Under the pieces are notes generated by a model. The model did no database searches. It was not told the origin of the DNA and saw only the letters and a program-made list of their open reading frames with translations. A DNA stretch of 64,000 nt from Bacteroidales bacterium (GTDB lineage: Bacteria; Bacteroidota; Bacteroidia; Bacteroidales; UBA10428), in NCBI GenBank assembly GCA_016931575.1, contig JAFGEO010000118.1, positions 143,457 to 207,456 of the forward strand, written 5' to 3'. Each line of letters starts with the position of its first letter. Position 1 is the first letter of the stretch. The translations under genes and the position numbers were made by a program. Of this stretch, positions 52,510 to 61,714 are shown one piece after another.

Positions 52510-53841
52510 ATGAAAATTACCCTGATCCAGTTATATAATACGTTTGTTCAGCAGGGGCAGATTTGGTATGCAAAAAAGCGTAAGATGGGATATGCTCCAA
52601 CTACCTTGCCTTCGCTGGCTGCCAGCATTCCAAAAGAGCTTGGTGTCGAGATTACCTTGATTGATGAAGGGGTAGAACTTGTTGATGTGGATGCAATTGA
52701 TGCGGATGTAGTGGGGCTGTCTGTTATGACACCAAATGCTTTCAGGGCCTATGAGATGGCTGATAAACTCAGAAAGCGCGGAATTATCACCATTCTTGGA
52801 GGATTTCATCCTACTCTGATGCCCGATGAAGCGCGGGAGCATGCAGATGCCATTGTTAGGGGGTTTGCGGAAGTGTCATTTCCAAAACTTATTAATGACA
52901 TCATTAAAAATAAGCTTCAGAAAGAATATTCAGACTCCTGTGCCGAGACTTTTGAGCATCAGATGTACGCACCTATGAGGGAAAAACTGAAGCTGAAACG
53001 GTATTTCTTGCCAACAACCCTTGAGCTTACCCGCGGATGTGTCAACCAGTGTTCTTTCTGCTCAATCCCTGCTTTCTGCGAGGGGCGCTATCTTAAACGG
53101 GATATTGACCAGGTTATTGAGGAACTGCGACCTTTCAGCCGAAAGCGCATAACATTTTTGGATTCCAGTCCGCCGGAAGATTCCGGCTATATCAAAGAGT
53201 TCTACAGGAAGCTAATCCCCTTGAAGCTGAAATGGTACAGCTGCGCAACCATGAAGCAGGCAGCGGATGAGGAATGGCTTGATCTGGCCGTGCGAAGTGG
53301 ATGTAAAGGAGTATTGATCGGTTTTGAGTCGATCCATAAGGAATCGGTTCAGGAGGGGAGGAAGCTGTTTAACCAGGTTGATAAATATGCGCAGTTTATT
53401 TATAACCTGCACAAAAAGGGAATTGCGGTATTGGGAACGTTTATGTTTGGCTTTGATCATGATAAACCTGATATTTTCAGACGCACAGCAGAATTTGTTG
53501 ATAAGACAAGAATGGATCTTATACATTATGCTATATTTACACCCTTTCCCGGAACGCCTGATTTTAAGCGGCTTGAGCGAGAGGGAAGGATAATAACCCG
53601 TAACTGGGCCCTTTATGACGGGACACATGCTGTATATAATCCTTCAGGAATGAGTAGGGAACAATTGGAAAATGGTTATTTTTGGGCCTCGAAAAGATCG
53701 CATACGATGCGCTCAGTTTTCACCCGAACCTTCGGCTCTGCTGCAGGATCATTATTTACATTATTAGGTAATGTTGGTTTCAGGCAACTGGCAAACGTGC
53801 TTGTACCCACAACTTTCAACTATGAGGAATATGAAGATTAA
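52510..53841 (+). CDS. B12-binding-domain radical SAM protein
   Basis: N-terminal Rossmann-like cobalamin-binding region (VVGLSVMTPNAFRAYEMADKLRKRGIITILGGFHPT). CX3CX2C cluster TRGCVNQCSFCSIP. Start taken at MKITLIQ (52510); the track ORF extends to 52375 across the -7 box. Confidence 0.8.
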   Translation: MKITLIQLYNTFVQQGQIWYAKKRKMGYAPTTLPSLAASIPKELGVEITLIDEGVELVDVDAIDADVVGLSVMTPNAFRAYEMADKLRKRGIITILGGFHPTLMPDEAREHADAIVRGFAEVSFPKLINDIIKNKLQKEYSDSCAETFEHQMYAPMREKLKLKRYFLPTTLELTRGCVNQCSFCSIPAFCEGRYLKRDIDQVIEELRPFSRKRITFLDSSPPEDSGYIKEFYRKLIPLKLKWYSCATMKQAADEEWLDLAVRSGCKGVLIGFESIHKESVQEGRKLFNQVDKYAQFIYNLHKKGIAVLGTFMFGFDHDKPDIFRRTAEFVDKTRMDLIHYAIFTPFPGTPDFKRLEREGRIITRNWALYDGTHAVYNPSGMSREQLENGYFWASKRSHTMRSVFTRTFGSAAGSLFTLLGNVGFRQLANVLVPTTFNYEEYED

Positions 53842-56119
53842 TCGCTATGTCATTATCAGCAAAATGACAATTTTTTTACTCAGGTATGCCTGGCTGGTTA
53901 TACTTATTAATGTCATTATGGCCGGTTTCTTCATATACCAAATGTCGAAACTTGAAGTAGATAATGACCTGGAAATCTGGTTTGGCCGGTCTGATCCTGA
54001 ATTTAAAGAATACAAAGATTTTAAGGACAGGTTCGGGAGCGATGAAAGCATCATCCTGATCTATAAAAATCAAAATCTTTTTTCGAAGGAACAGCTTGAC
54101 CTGAACCGGGAACTCACAGAGGAACTCGACAGCATGCCCGGAGTAAAATCAGTAGTCAGCCTTTCCAGTATCCAGGTTCCCGGATTGGTTGCCGTAAAAA
54201 AAGGTTTCTCGATAAAGATGGAAATGGGCATGGTTCCCCTGATCCCCAGAAATCCGGATAGTTACGATACATTACGACAGAAAATAACGGATCAGGAGAT
54301 CTTTGTCAGGAATATTATCTCACAGGATGGTAAAACCACAGGAATTGTGATTGTTCCTGAATCAAAAGATATCGAAGTACGAAAAAAAATGATCCAGGAC
54401 ATTGACAAACTGGTGAACTCAAAAAGGTATGCTTCTAACCACTATTCATTTTTTGGCAGTATACCGATTATAGCAGAGAGCAACCGGATATCCGGCCAGG
54501 AAACAAGAAATTTCCTTGTTTTTTGCATTATCCTCATTTTTGCCCTGCTCCTCTACTATATCCGGAATTTGATTCTTGCCCTTATTCCAATTCTGGCATC
54601 CCTTTTTAGTGTGGCATGGACCTTTGGCATCTTCTCGCTGACAGGTCATTCCACCAACATGGTGGCAGCAATGATCCCTTTGATTATTCTGGTGTTGAAT
54701 ATCGCCCTCTCGGTCCATATTCTCAGTCGGTACCAACATTATTGTTTAAGGATGGGATCAGGCAGAAAGGCGATCATTCTTGCCATTAACTCAGTCTTTA
54801 AACCTTGTCTGTATACCTCCATCACAACTTTTGTCGGCTTTCTGGCTTTCCTGACCTCAGATATGGCCCCGGTAAAAACAGCCGGATTATATACCGCAAT
54901 TGGAATATTACTCTCTTTTGGCCTTTCCTTCACACTTTTACCGGCTATGATGGGCTATCTGAAGATTAAAAAATCCAGACGTTCTGCGAAATTGAGCCAC
55001 AGCTGGGAAAAATGGGCCAAATTGTTTTCGATCTTTACAAAAACATACAAGTGGCACCTGATCATTGTAAGTTCTGTAATTTTTGTGATTTCCATCGCTG
55101 GGATTTTTCGCATTGGATTTGAAAGTGATCAGATCAAATATTTCAAAGAATCAAATGCTGTAAGAAAGGCAAATAATATGGCGGATGCCTGGTTTGATGG
55201 GATCTACCCGGTTGAGCTGATTTTTACGCTGCCAGAGAACATTTACAAGTCGGAAAACCCTGAAAAATACTACGGGCTCTTCGATAGCCTCGAACACAGC
55301 ATTCGTAAGGTGGAGGCCGTAAAAGGTGTACATTCTCCTCTGGTATTCCTGAACAGCATCATTCCTGATAAGGAGAACAAAACCGGTTTCAGTTTTGATA
55401 AGATCTCTGAAAAGGATATGGAACAAATCAGGGCCAACGATTTTCTGAAAACCTATCTGAATGAAGATGGTTCGCATTACAGGATTTCCGTCAAAACGCG
55501 GTGGTTGAATAATGAACAGACCATTGCCCTGACTGAGAGCCTTGATAAAGTTATCGATCCTATGATTGAAGGATCGGGAATAAATTATTATGTGACCGGT
55601 CTGGCACCCATGTATGTCCGTCTGAACGAGCGTCTGCTGGGGAACCAGATCCGAAGCTTTGCCTTCTGTTTCTTCCTGATCTTTATTATTCTGCTCTTCC
55701 AGTTCAGAAAGCTTTACCTGGCTTTGATCGGGCTAATTCCCAACCTTCTGCCGGTTGTAACCACGCTGGGTATAATGGGTTGGCTGGGGATCTCTCTCGA
55801 TATTGCTACCATTCTGATTGCTGCCATTTCGCTCGGGATTGCCGTAGATGATGCCATCCATTTCCTGACTGCATACAAGCAAAACCGGTTGATGCACATT
55901 TCCATGAGGCTAAGAATCCAGAAGACCTTGGAGAAGGTCGGACGTCCGATAACCCTGACCAGCATCCTGATCATCTCCGGATTCATGATTATGGTCTTCT
56001 CGACTTATATCCCCTTCATTTATTTCGGGATATTCCTGTCATTAAATATTTTCCTGGCTTTTGTGTTCGATCTGCTATTGGTTCCTGCTATACTCTATGT
56101 TGCTGATAAGAATAAATAA
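53822..56119 (+). CDS. MMPL/RND-superfamily transporter (HpnN-like, two 6-TM bundles with SSD-type region)
   Basis: Two hydrophobic 5-6 helix blocks are separated by large soluble loops, with conserved-type GIAVDDAIHF in the second bundle. The start ATG 53822 or 53831 overlaps the radical SAM stop (53841). Confidence 0.75.
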   Translation: MRNMKINRYVIISKMTIFLLRYAWLVILINVIMAGFFIYQMSKLEVDNDLEIWFGRSDPEFKEYKDFKDRFGSDESIILIYKNQNLFSKEQLDLNRELTEELDSMPGVKSVVSLSSIQVPGLVAVKKGFSIKMEMGMVPLIPRNPDSYDTLRQKITDQEIFVRNIISQDGKTTGIVIVPESKDIEVRKKMIQDIDKLVNSKRYASNHYSFFGSIPIIAESNRISGQETRNFLVFCIILIFALLLYYIRNLILALIPILASLFSVAWTFGIFSLTGHSTNMVAAMIPLIILVLNIALSVHILSRYQHYCLRMGSGRKAIILAINSVFKPCLYTSITTFVGFLAFLTSDMAPVKTAGLYTAIGILLSFGLSFTLLPAMMGYLKIKKSRRSAKLSHSWEKWAKLFSIFTKTYKWHLIIVSSVIFVISIAGIFRIGFESDQIKYFKESNAVRKANNMADAWFDGIYPVELIFTLPENIYKSENPEKYYGLFDSLEHSIRKVEAVKGVHSPLVFLNSIIPDKENKTGFSFDKISEKDMEQIRANDFLKTYLNEDGSHYRISVKTRWLNNEQTIALTESLDKVIDPMIEGSGINYYVTGLAPMYVRLNERLLGNQIRSFAFCFFLIFIILLFQFRKLYLALIGLIPNLLPVVTTLGIMGWLGISLDIATILIAAISLGIAVDDAIHFLTAYKQNRLMHISMRLRIQKTLEKVGRPITLTSILIISGFMIMVFSTYIPFIYFGIFLSLNIFLAFVFDLLLVPAILYVADKNK

Positions 56120-56341
56120 TATTCATCAGTAGTTAAACCTTCCGGTTCTGGTTTCAGAAAAAGGGGATCCTTCCGGTCAGGATTTATTAACCAGCAGAGG
56201 GATGTTTTCCTTACTTCCGGGAGGGTCTGAGATATGGAAAATCTCCTGTTTTACCGAAATGTTTCAGGATACCTGGATATAGTATATTTTTATACAAATA
56301 TTCTACCGTTCACGAAACGGAGGCCTCATAAGAATTTCTTG

Positions 56342-56349
56342 TACCTTTG
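56342..56349 (+). promoter_or_regulatory. Bacteroidota-type -7 promoter box (TAnnTTTG)
   Basis: tacctttg lies 16 nt upstream of ATG 56365 and overlaps the TTG used as the track ORF start. Confidence 0.45.
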
Positions 56350-56364
56350 TTGAAAAGAGATTTA

Positions 56365-56820
56365 ATGCCGGAACAGACTTATCAGTATCCCTATCCACGC
56401 CCAGCGCTTACAGTAGATGCAGTACTTTTTAGATATCTTGGCATCAGACTCCAGATTTTATTGATAAAAAGAGGTGATGAGCCTTTCAGGGATTGCTGGG
56501 CATTTCCCGGGGGATTTGTGGAGGAAGGTGAGACTGTTGAGGAAGCAGTTGTGCGCGAAGTTGAGGAGGAGACAGGGGTGCATGTTCACAATCTGGAACA
56601 GGTCTACACTGCTTCAAAACCTGGAAGGGATCCCAGAGGGTGGACGGTTTCAGTGATTTTTACAGGCTATATTTCAGAGGGAGGAGATACTCTTCAGGCC
56701 GGAGATGATGCCGCTGAAGCAGTATGGCACGATTTGGATCAACTGCCCGTTCTTGCTTTCGATCATCAGGAAATCCTGGATCGGGTACGTAAAAAAATTG
56801 AGCATGGTGGAAAGTCCTGA
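56365..56820 (+). CDS. NUDIX hydrolase
   Basis: Nudix box GGFVEEGETVEEAVVREVEEETG. Confidence 0.85.
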   Translation: MPEQTYQYPYPRPALTVDAVLFRYLGIRLQILLIKRGDEPFRDCWAFPGGFVEEGETVEEAVVREVEEETGVHVHNLEQVYTASKPGRDPRGWTVSVIFTGYISEGGDTLQAGDDAAEAVWHDLDQLPVLAFDHQEILDRVRKKIEHGGKS

Positions 56821-56931
56821 AAAAGCTGCTCTTAAGTTATGCTGAAATCTTAATCCCAGACTTAATACAGAGATGTTTAAGATATAGATATACAGGTAGA
56901 TAAGTGAATTTCGGAAAAGGTTCAAAATGGA

Positions 56932-58530
56932 TTAGTCTTTAATACATCTTACGGGAGTCCCATTTGGGGCATACCCCGTCGTTCGAAGGACTGCAATTTC
57001 TTCATGGTCCAGCAATCGATAAATAATGGTGTTTACATCCACAATTGTAGAAGTCCAGAAGGTAGTGTAATCGTTTATACCTCCAAATGCATCACTGTCC
57101 TCTATACTATACCCACCCGGAAGGGCTGAAAATCCTGAAGAATTCGTAGCGTTATTGGGAGAAGTCCAGATTGATGTGCCTGTTGCCTTTAGTTGTGCTC
57201 CCTGATCGGTTCCCCGCCAATCAAAAAGGTCAAGCGTGTTGGAGCTCATACCCAATGCCTCCTCCATAGTTTTCCATTCCTGATCGGAGGGCAGGTGCCA
57301 TCCATCAGGGCAGACACCCTGAACGGATTCTGTCTCAGTATACTGCATCATTTCCGGCCAGGTGTATAATCCACCGAATAAATCACAGTTGCTGTAATCA
57401 TTATCGTAGCAGTATTTTTCAATGACAGAATTATCGGATTGGCCGACTGAAATATTAATTTGGGTACCAACATTTAAGTTTTTAGCCATCCAGCATTGAT
57501 CACCAATAAAAACAACGGGATAGATCTTACCATCCCTGGAATCTTCCATTTGCGTAATAAATTCTAATATCTCCCCATAGGCTATTCCATTAATATTGAA
57601 GACATAGGCCCGGATGTAATAACGAGTTGCCGGTTCCAACCCCGTAATGGTAAGGGAGTATGTACCTGTCCCGACAGATTCTGCATGCAGGTGATTATCA
57701 TCATACTCCGGATAGGAACTGGTAGACCAGCATACTCCCCGTTCTGTAACTTCAGCTCCGCCATCTGAGGTTACCGTACCCCCACACATGAGTGAAGTTG
57801 GATTAATTGCGCTGGTTTCGGAAACAACAGCAGCATAGGTGTTGGTTGTAAACTCAATGACTTCACCAAATTGGGTCCCTATAGCATTACTTGCATATGC
57901 CCTGACATAGTATTTCGTCAGATCTGACAGTCCGGTCATTACGCTCGAAAAACTTCCTGTCCCACTCCCTTCATGGGTAATGTGATCCTCAAGTGATGGT
58001 TGACCGTTTGTATTCCAGCATATTCCCCTGTCAGTCACGGGATACCCGCCGTCAGCAGTGATCTCTCCCCCGCATACTGCTTCCGACCGCGTTATCTCAG
58101 TAACTTCCTGGGTCGCTATCTCAGGAATCCCGGCAGCAACTGTGCTAAATGATTTATTCTCCCCGTATAACACACCCTCAGCGCTAATGGCATAGGCCCG
58201 AACAAAGTAGGTTGTCCCGGGGGTAAGACCTTCCAGGTGGCTTTCGAACGTGCCTGTGGTTTTTTTTTCACCCAGTGAGGTTTTGGAACCTTGCTCCCGG
58301 CTTGGATTTTCAGAAGTCCCCCAACAGTGTCCATGCTGGCTTACTCCTTTTTCACCCGCATCCAATAGATTTCCTGATACAGTTGAAGAAGTATAGCTTA
58401 TCGAGGAAACACCTTCTGTTTCTACATAGACCACCCGCTTGGGTTCAATTTTTTCGCATTGGATGGGTAGGAGCAGAATGCCTGTAATAAGCAAAAGATT
58501 AAGTCTGTATTTCCTCTCTGAGTGCTTCAT
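56932..58530 (-). CDS. lipoprotein with three FN3/Ig-like repeats and a C-terminal Fib_succ-type lectin-like domain
   Basis: Lipobox LLLPIQC. Three roughly 95-aa repeats. C-terminal IYPVVFIGDQCWMAKNLNV...GGLYTW...CPDGWHLPSDQEW...TPVRCIKD is paralogous to the kinase ectodomain at about 43.7-44.3 kb. Confidence 0.8.
   Translation of the reverse strand: MKHSERKYRLNLLLITGILLLPIQCEKIEPKRVVYVETEGVSSISYTSSTVSGNLLDAGEKGVSQHGHCWGTSENPSREQGSKTSLGEKKTTGTFESHLEGLTPGTTYFVRAYAISAEGVLYGENKSFSTVAAGIPEIATQEVTEITRSEAVCGGEITADGGYPVTDRGICWNTNGQPSLEDHITHEGSGTGSFSSVMTGLSDLTKYYVRAYASNAIGTQFGEVIEFTTNTYAAVVSETSAINPTSLMCGGTVTSDGGAEVTERGVCWSTSSYPEYDDNHLHAESVGTGTYSLTITGLEPATRYYIRAYVFNINGIAYGEILEFITQMEDSRDGKIYPVVFIGDQCWMAKNLNVGTQINISVGQSDNSVIEKYCYDNDYSNCDLFGGLYTWPEMMQYTETESVQGVCPDGWHLPSDQEWKTMEEALGMSSNTLDLFDWRGTDQGAQLKATGTSIWTSPNNATNSSGFSALPGGYSIEDSDAFGGINDYTTFWTSTIVDVNTIIYRLLDHEEIAVLRTTGYAPNGTPVRCIKD
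57571..58425 (-). repeat. three tandem intragenic domain repeats (about 95 aa each)
   Basis: Repeated pattern ...GG.V..DGG..V..RG.CW.T...P......H......GTG.F...L.GL.P.T.YY.RAYA.N..G..YGE...F.T is seen three times in the 532-aa translation. Confidence 0.7.
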
Positions 58531-58532
58531 GT

Positions 58533-59684
58533 TTATTTTAAAATGAAAATAAAATCTCCCCCTTCATCCCCAACGCCGCTAATCTCACCAAATTGAGGGA
58601 TAGCATTACTGTTATTAATCACCGCTATTCTGAAACCACTGAAAAGTTGTTCTGCGGATAAATATTTTTCATCGTTTTTCGACAGACGATCAAGCAGAAA
58701 TTCAACGAATGCACTCTTGTCAGGCACTTCTGTCAGAGTTCCGCTTGTCATGGCTTTTCGGCTGGGGAGTTCATAAAGTTTTTCAATAGCCCTTGGTGCA
58801 TTGTCAAAAGCTGCCCGGGTTTTGAATATAGCTCCGGCAAAACATGCATCCGTAATCAGGAGGGTATGCTGACATCGGATTTCTTTCAGGTAGTCCACCA
58901 GGGTACTATTCCTGAACCAGGCTGCCTTATTATCCTTTTTTGCATCTGCAGGAAGCCAGTATCCGATGTTGGCGTTTTCATCCCACCAGCCATGACCCGC
59001 ATAAAAGATCAGGAGGTTATCATCCGGGGTTATCTTATTGCTCAGATCATCGAGGGCAACAATGATATCCTCACGCCTGGCATCCTCAATAAGCTTCACA
59101 TTTTCCGGGTCAAAGGTATACTTGAGTGTTAGGACATTTTGTAACCGCCGGGCATCGTTTATCGGGTTATCAAGGTTAGTAATCCTGAAATCTTCATAGT
59201 TGTCTATTCCGATTATCAGGGCATAGAATTTAGATTCTTTGTCGAGCTTCTCTGCAAGGGAAATTTCCGGAGGTGAATAGTTGACTATAATCTTTTGCTC
59301 AGTAAAGTTGTTGTTTTTATCAAATGCAACCAGGTGGAACTCGTTAGTTCCCGGCTGAAGGGTGAGTTTCCGGTTAAATATGCCGGTTGGGGTGCATTCA
59401 ACCCGCTCAGCATTGATCATGATGGCCTGAATTTCACTGTTATCCCTGACCTGTCCTACCAAACCCAGCTCTGATTTTGTGGATTCATAGACCTGGTTTA
59501 CAATCACCGGGGTAATAAATTCGATAAGGGGCCGGGTTGTGTCAGGCTCACCTGTTCCCTCAGGAATGGCAACAGTTTCCTCTCCCAAATAGATAGATTT
59601 CCGCTCACTACGGATAACCTGAGAATTGGAATATACTGAGAAAATCCCAAGCAACAGAATGAAAATATATTTCAAAGCCTTCAT
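58533..59684 (-). CDS. secreted caspase-family (peptidase C14, clan CD) protein with N-terminal Ig-like domain
   Basis: Signal peptide MKALKYIFILLLGIFSVYS. His-Cys dyad contexts LLIFYAGHGWW and LLITDACFAG, and YALIIGIDNY at the domain start. Confidence 0.8.
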   Translation of the reverse strand: MKALKYIFILLLGIFSVYSNSQVIRSERKSIYLGEETVAIPEGTGEPDTTRPLIEFITPVIVNQVYESTKSELGLVGQVRDNSEIQAIMINAERVECTPTGIFNRKLTLQPGTNEFHLVAFDKNNNFTEQKIIVNYSPPEISLAEKLDKESKFYALIIGIDNYEDFRITNLDNPINDARRLQNVLTLKYTFDPENVKLIEDARREDIIVALDDLSNKITPDDNLLIFYAGHGWWDENANIGYWLPADAKKDNKAAWFRNSTLVDYLKEIRCQHTLLITDACFAGAIFKTRAAFDNAPRAIEKLYELPSRKAMTSGTLTEVPDKSAFVEFLLDRLSKNDEKYLSAEQLFSGFRIAVINNSNAIPQFGEISGVGDEGGDFIFILK

Positions 59685-59693
59685 ATATATAGT

Positions 59694-60599
59694 TTAGAAT
59701 GAGACCGATAGAAATAATGAAGCGACTCCGGATTTAGGATCAATACCCGGTTGAATGAGAATTCCCGACAGCTGCCGGTGGGCTTTCAAAGGTTCAAAGG
59801 CTATCCAGATCAGCTCAATAGTCCAGATCCCGATTGCAGACCAGGCCATAATTTCAGACAAATTGTCCTGATTGGAAGAAGCATTGAAATAGGTATTACG
59901 GTCTTCTGTTGTGGCAGCTGCCAGATACTGATTATAAGTCTTGATGGATAAGCGGTTGAATATTACCGAAGAAACGATAAGTCCATAACCGGTTAGTCCT
60001 TTTGCCAGGTGAGCGGACGAACGGTCCATCCAGGTGAATCCCAGCCCCGGGAAAAGTACTGACCTGTAAAGTGCCTTAACTTTGGTAAAGTGTAGGGCAG
60101 AGGATGCTGCAGACTCACTGGCCTCTAAAACATTACTTTCAGTGGAATTTGTATTTAACTCACTATCAGAGAGATTATCTTTATTAACTTCCTTCTTGGC
60201 CAGAGTTGCTGATTCTTTTGGATCAAGCAAAACCGGTTCAGGTTTCTGTACGTCCTGGATAAGCTCGGCACATACCTCAAGGAAGACTTCCTGATTCACA
60301 TCCCTCATATCCTTGTAATAATCCCAGACTATCTGATATTCATCCCCGCCAATGATTTTGCTGCCTATATCTCCTGACAGTGATAAAGCGTTAATGGTTT
60401 GATCTTTAGCATCATAAACTTCTATCCAGACTTTAAATAAATTTTCCGGATTGGAATTGGTAATACGATAATCAATGACAAGTTTATGATCAATAATGGA
60501 TAGTTCCATTTTTGTAGCAAGACGGTTCGACTGGGAAAAACCGACAGAACAAATACTGGAAAACAAAGTCAGTATCAGATATGATAGGGGCTTAGACAT
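59694..60599 (-). CDS. hypothetical membrane protein (signal peptide, Ig-like ectodomain, low-complexity linker, C-terminal TM bundle)
   Basis: MSKPLSYLILTLFSSICSVGFSQ. C-terminal hydrophobic segments (LYRSVLFPGLGF..., GLTGYGLIVSSVIF, AWSAIGIWTIELIWIAF). It lies 9 nt upstream of the caspase gene. Confidence 0.6.
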   Translation of the reverse strand: MSKPLSYLILTLFSSICSVGFSQSNRLATKMELSIIDHKLVIDYRITNSNPENLFKVWIEVYDAKDQTINALSLSGDIGSKIIGGDEYQIVWDYYKDMRDVNQEVFLEVCAELIQDVQKPEPVLLDPKESATLAKKEVNKDNLSDSELNTNSTESNVLEASESAASSALHFTKVKALYRSVLFPGLGFTWMDRSSAHLAKGLTGYGLIVSSVIFNRLSIKTYNQYLAAATTEDRNTYFNASSNQDNLSEIMAWSAIGIWTIELIWIAFEPLKAHRQLSGILIQPGIDPKSGVASLFLSVSF

Positions 60600-60619
60600 A
60601 TCGTGATTTTGGCAGGTGC

Positions 60620-60677
60620 TTCAGTAAATTTACTTATAATTTTACTGAAAGTCAAGTATTTGACTTTGACTTTCAGT
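60620..60677. other. two mutually exclusive hairpins sharing the segment actgaa
   Basis: ttcagtaaa (60620-28) pairs with tttactgaa (60641-49). actgaaagtcaa (60644-55) pairs with ttgactttcagt (60666-77). The 3' arm of the first overlaps the 5' arm of the second. Confidence 0.5.
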
Positions 60678-60855
60678 GGAGTATAAAAGCTTATTTTGAG
60701 CGGGAATTAACCCTTTGAAATTTTCAATGCATGAGATAGAAAGAGTGCTGAAAGCTTGAGAAACATTTGGGAAAAGATGTTGAATTTCCGGGATAAAAAA
60801 TCAGCTCTGACCACCAGCGATGGTTCTTTTTACATAAGTTGCGAGTGGGGCAGTT

Positions 60856-61194
60856 TTAAAGTTCAGCTTTATAGTTGAAATTCAGCATGGCATATCCTGA
60901 GCTTTTACTGAAATAGGCTTCCCTGCCGGTGACAAGCGACCTGGCTTTGAAATATTCCTGAGTAACTTCAGTGACAACACAGCGGCTGTTGTTCACCCTT
61001 ACAATATGCCCAACGCCTATTTCCGTTAAGTTTCGGGGTTTATAACTTAGTTTTTTAAGACGATGTGAATACTCATAATTAATTTTCTTCATCGTCTCAT
61101 TATCACCACCACGATCCGGATGATAGGTCATTACCAACCTTCGATACGCACTTTTTAACTCCTCAAGTGTTAATACCTTCTCAAAATAGTTCAT
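60856..61194 (-). CDS. mini J-domain protein
   Basis: LEELKSAYRRLVMTYHPDRGGDNETMKKINYEY contains the HPD tripeptide. 112 aa from ATG 61194 (the track ORF extends to 61215). Confidence 0.7.
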   Translation of the reverse strand: MNYFEKVLTLEELKSAYRRLVMTYHPDRGGDNETMKKINYEYSHRLKKLSYKPRNLTEIGVGHIVRVNNSRCVVTEVTQEYFKARSLVTGREAYFSKSSGYAMLNFNYKAEL

Positions 61195-61292
61195 ACGCTC
61201 ACAAATGCAAATCACTACTAATTTACAAACAAGTTTTATTCAATCATTTTTCTTTTTATAGAAATTACCTAATTTTTGACAAAATTATTAAC

Positions 61293-61691
61293 ATGCAAAA
61301 TACACTTTACGATTCTGACATCGTTTCACTGAGTTATTTACCTGAAGATAAACTTATTGAGATGATTTGGAAGAAAAATGCCACTTCAGAAGAGTATCGG
61401 AAAATGTTTGGTATTGTAATAGAGTTTTCTGAAAAGAACCAAATTCGTTCCGTTCTCTCCGATATGCGCAATGAGGGGCTGGTCAGGCTTGATGATGTCA
61501 GATGGCTTGATAAGGAGGTATTGACCCGGGCGATTGAGCATAAATTACAACGAATAGCCCTGATTATTGAAGAGACTATCTTCTCTTCCGTCTATACTGA
61601 CGTTGTGAAAAAGAAGCTTGATAAATCGCCGGTACAGGTCAGGGCTTTCTATGATCTAAGCTCTGCCAGGGCCTGGTTATTAAGTGAATAG
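61293..61691 (+). CDS. hypothetical protein (132 aa)
   Basis: ATG 61293, MQNTLYDSDIVSLSYLPEDKLIEMIWKK... The upstream part of the track ORF overlaps the divergent J-domain gene and is rejected. No motif recognised. Confidence 0.5.
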   Translation: MQNTLYDSDIVSLSYLPEDKLIEMIWKKNATSEEYRKMFGIVIEFSEKNQIRSVLSDMRNEGLVRLDDVRWLDKEVLTRAIEHKLQRIALIIEETIFSSVYTDVVKKKLDKSPVQVRAFYDLSSARAWLLSE

Positions 61692-61714
61692 TAATCCTTT
61701 TAAATACCACACTC

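Noticed and set aside
52510-56119. Interpreting the radical SAM / MMPL pair as hopanoid genes (HpnP/HpnR/HpnJ with HpnN).
   Set aside because: No squalene-hopene cyclase or other hpn genes are in the window, and I cannot establish orthology by eye. It is kept only as a generic lipid-modification and export hypothesis.
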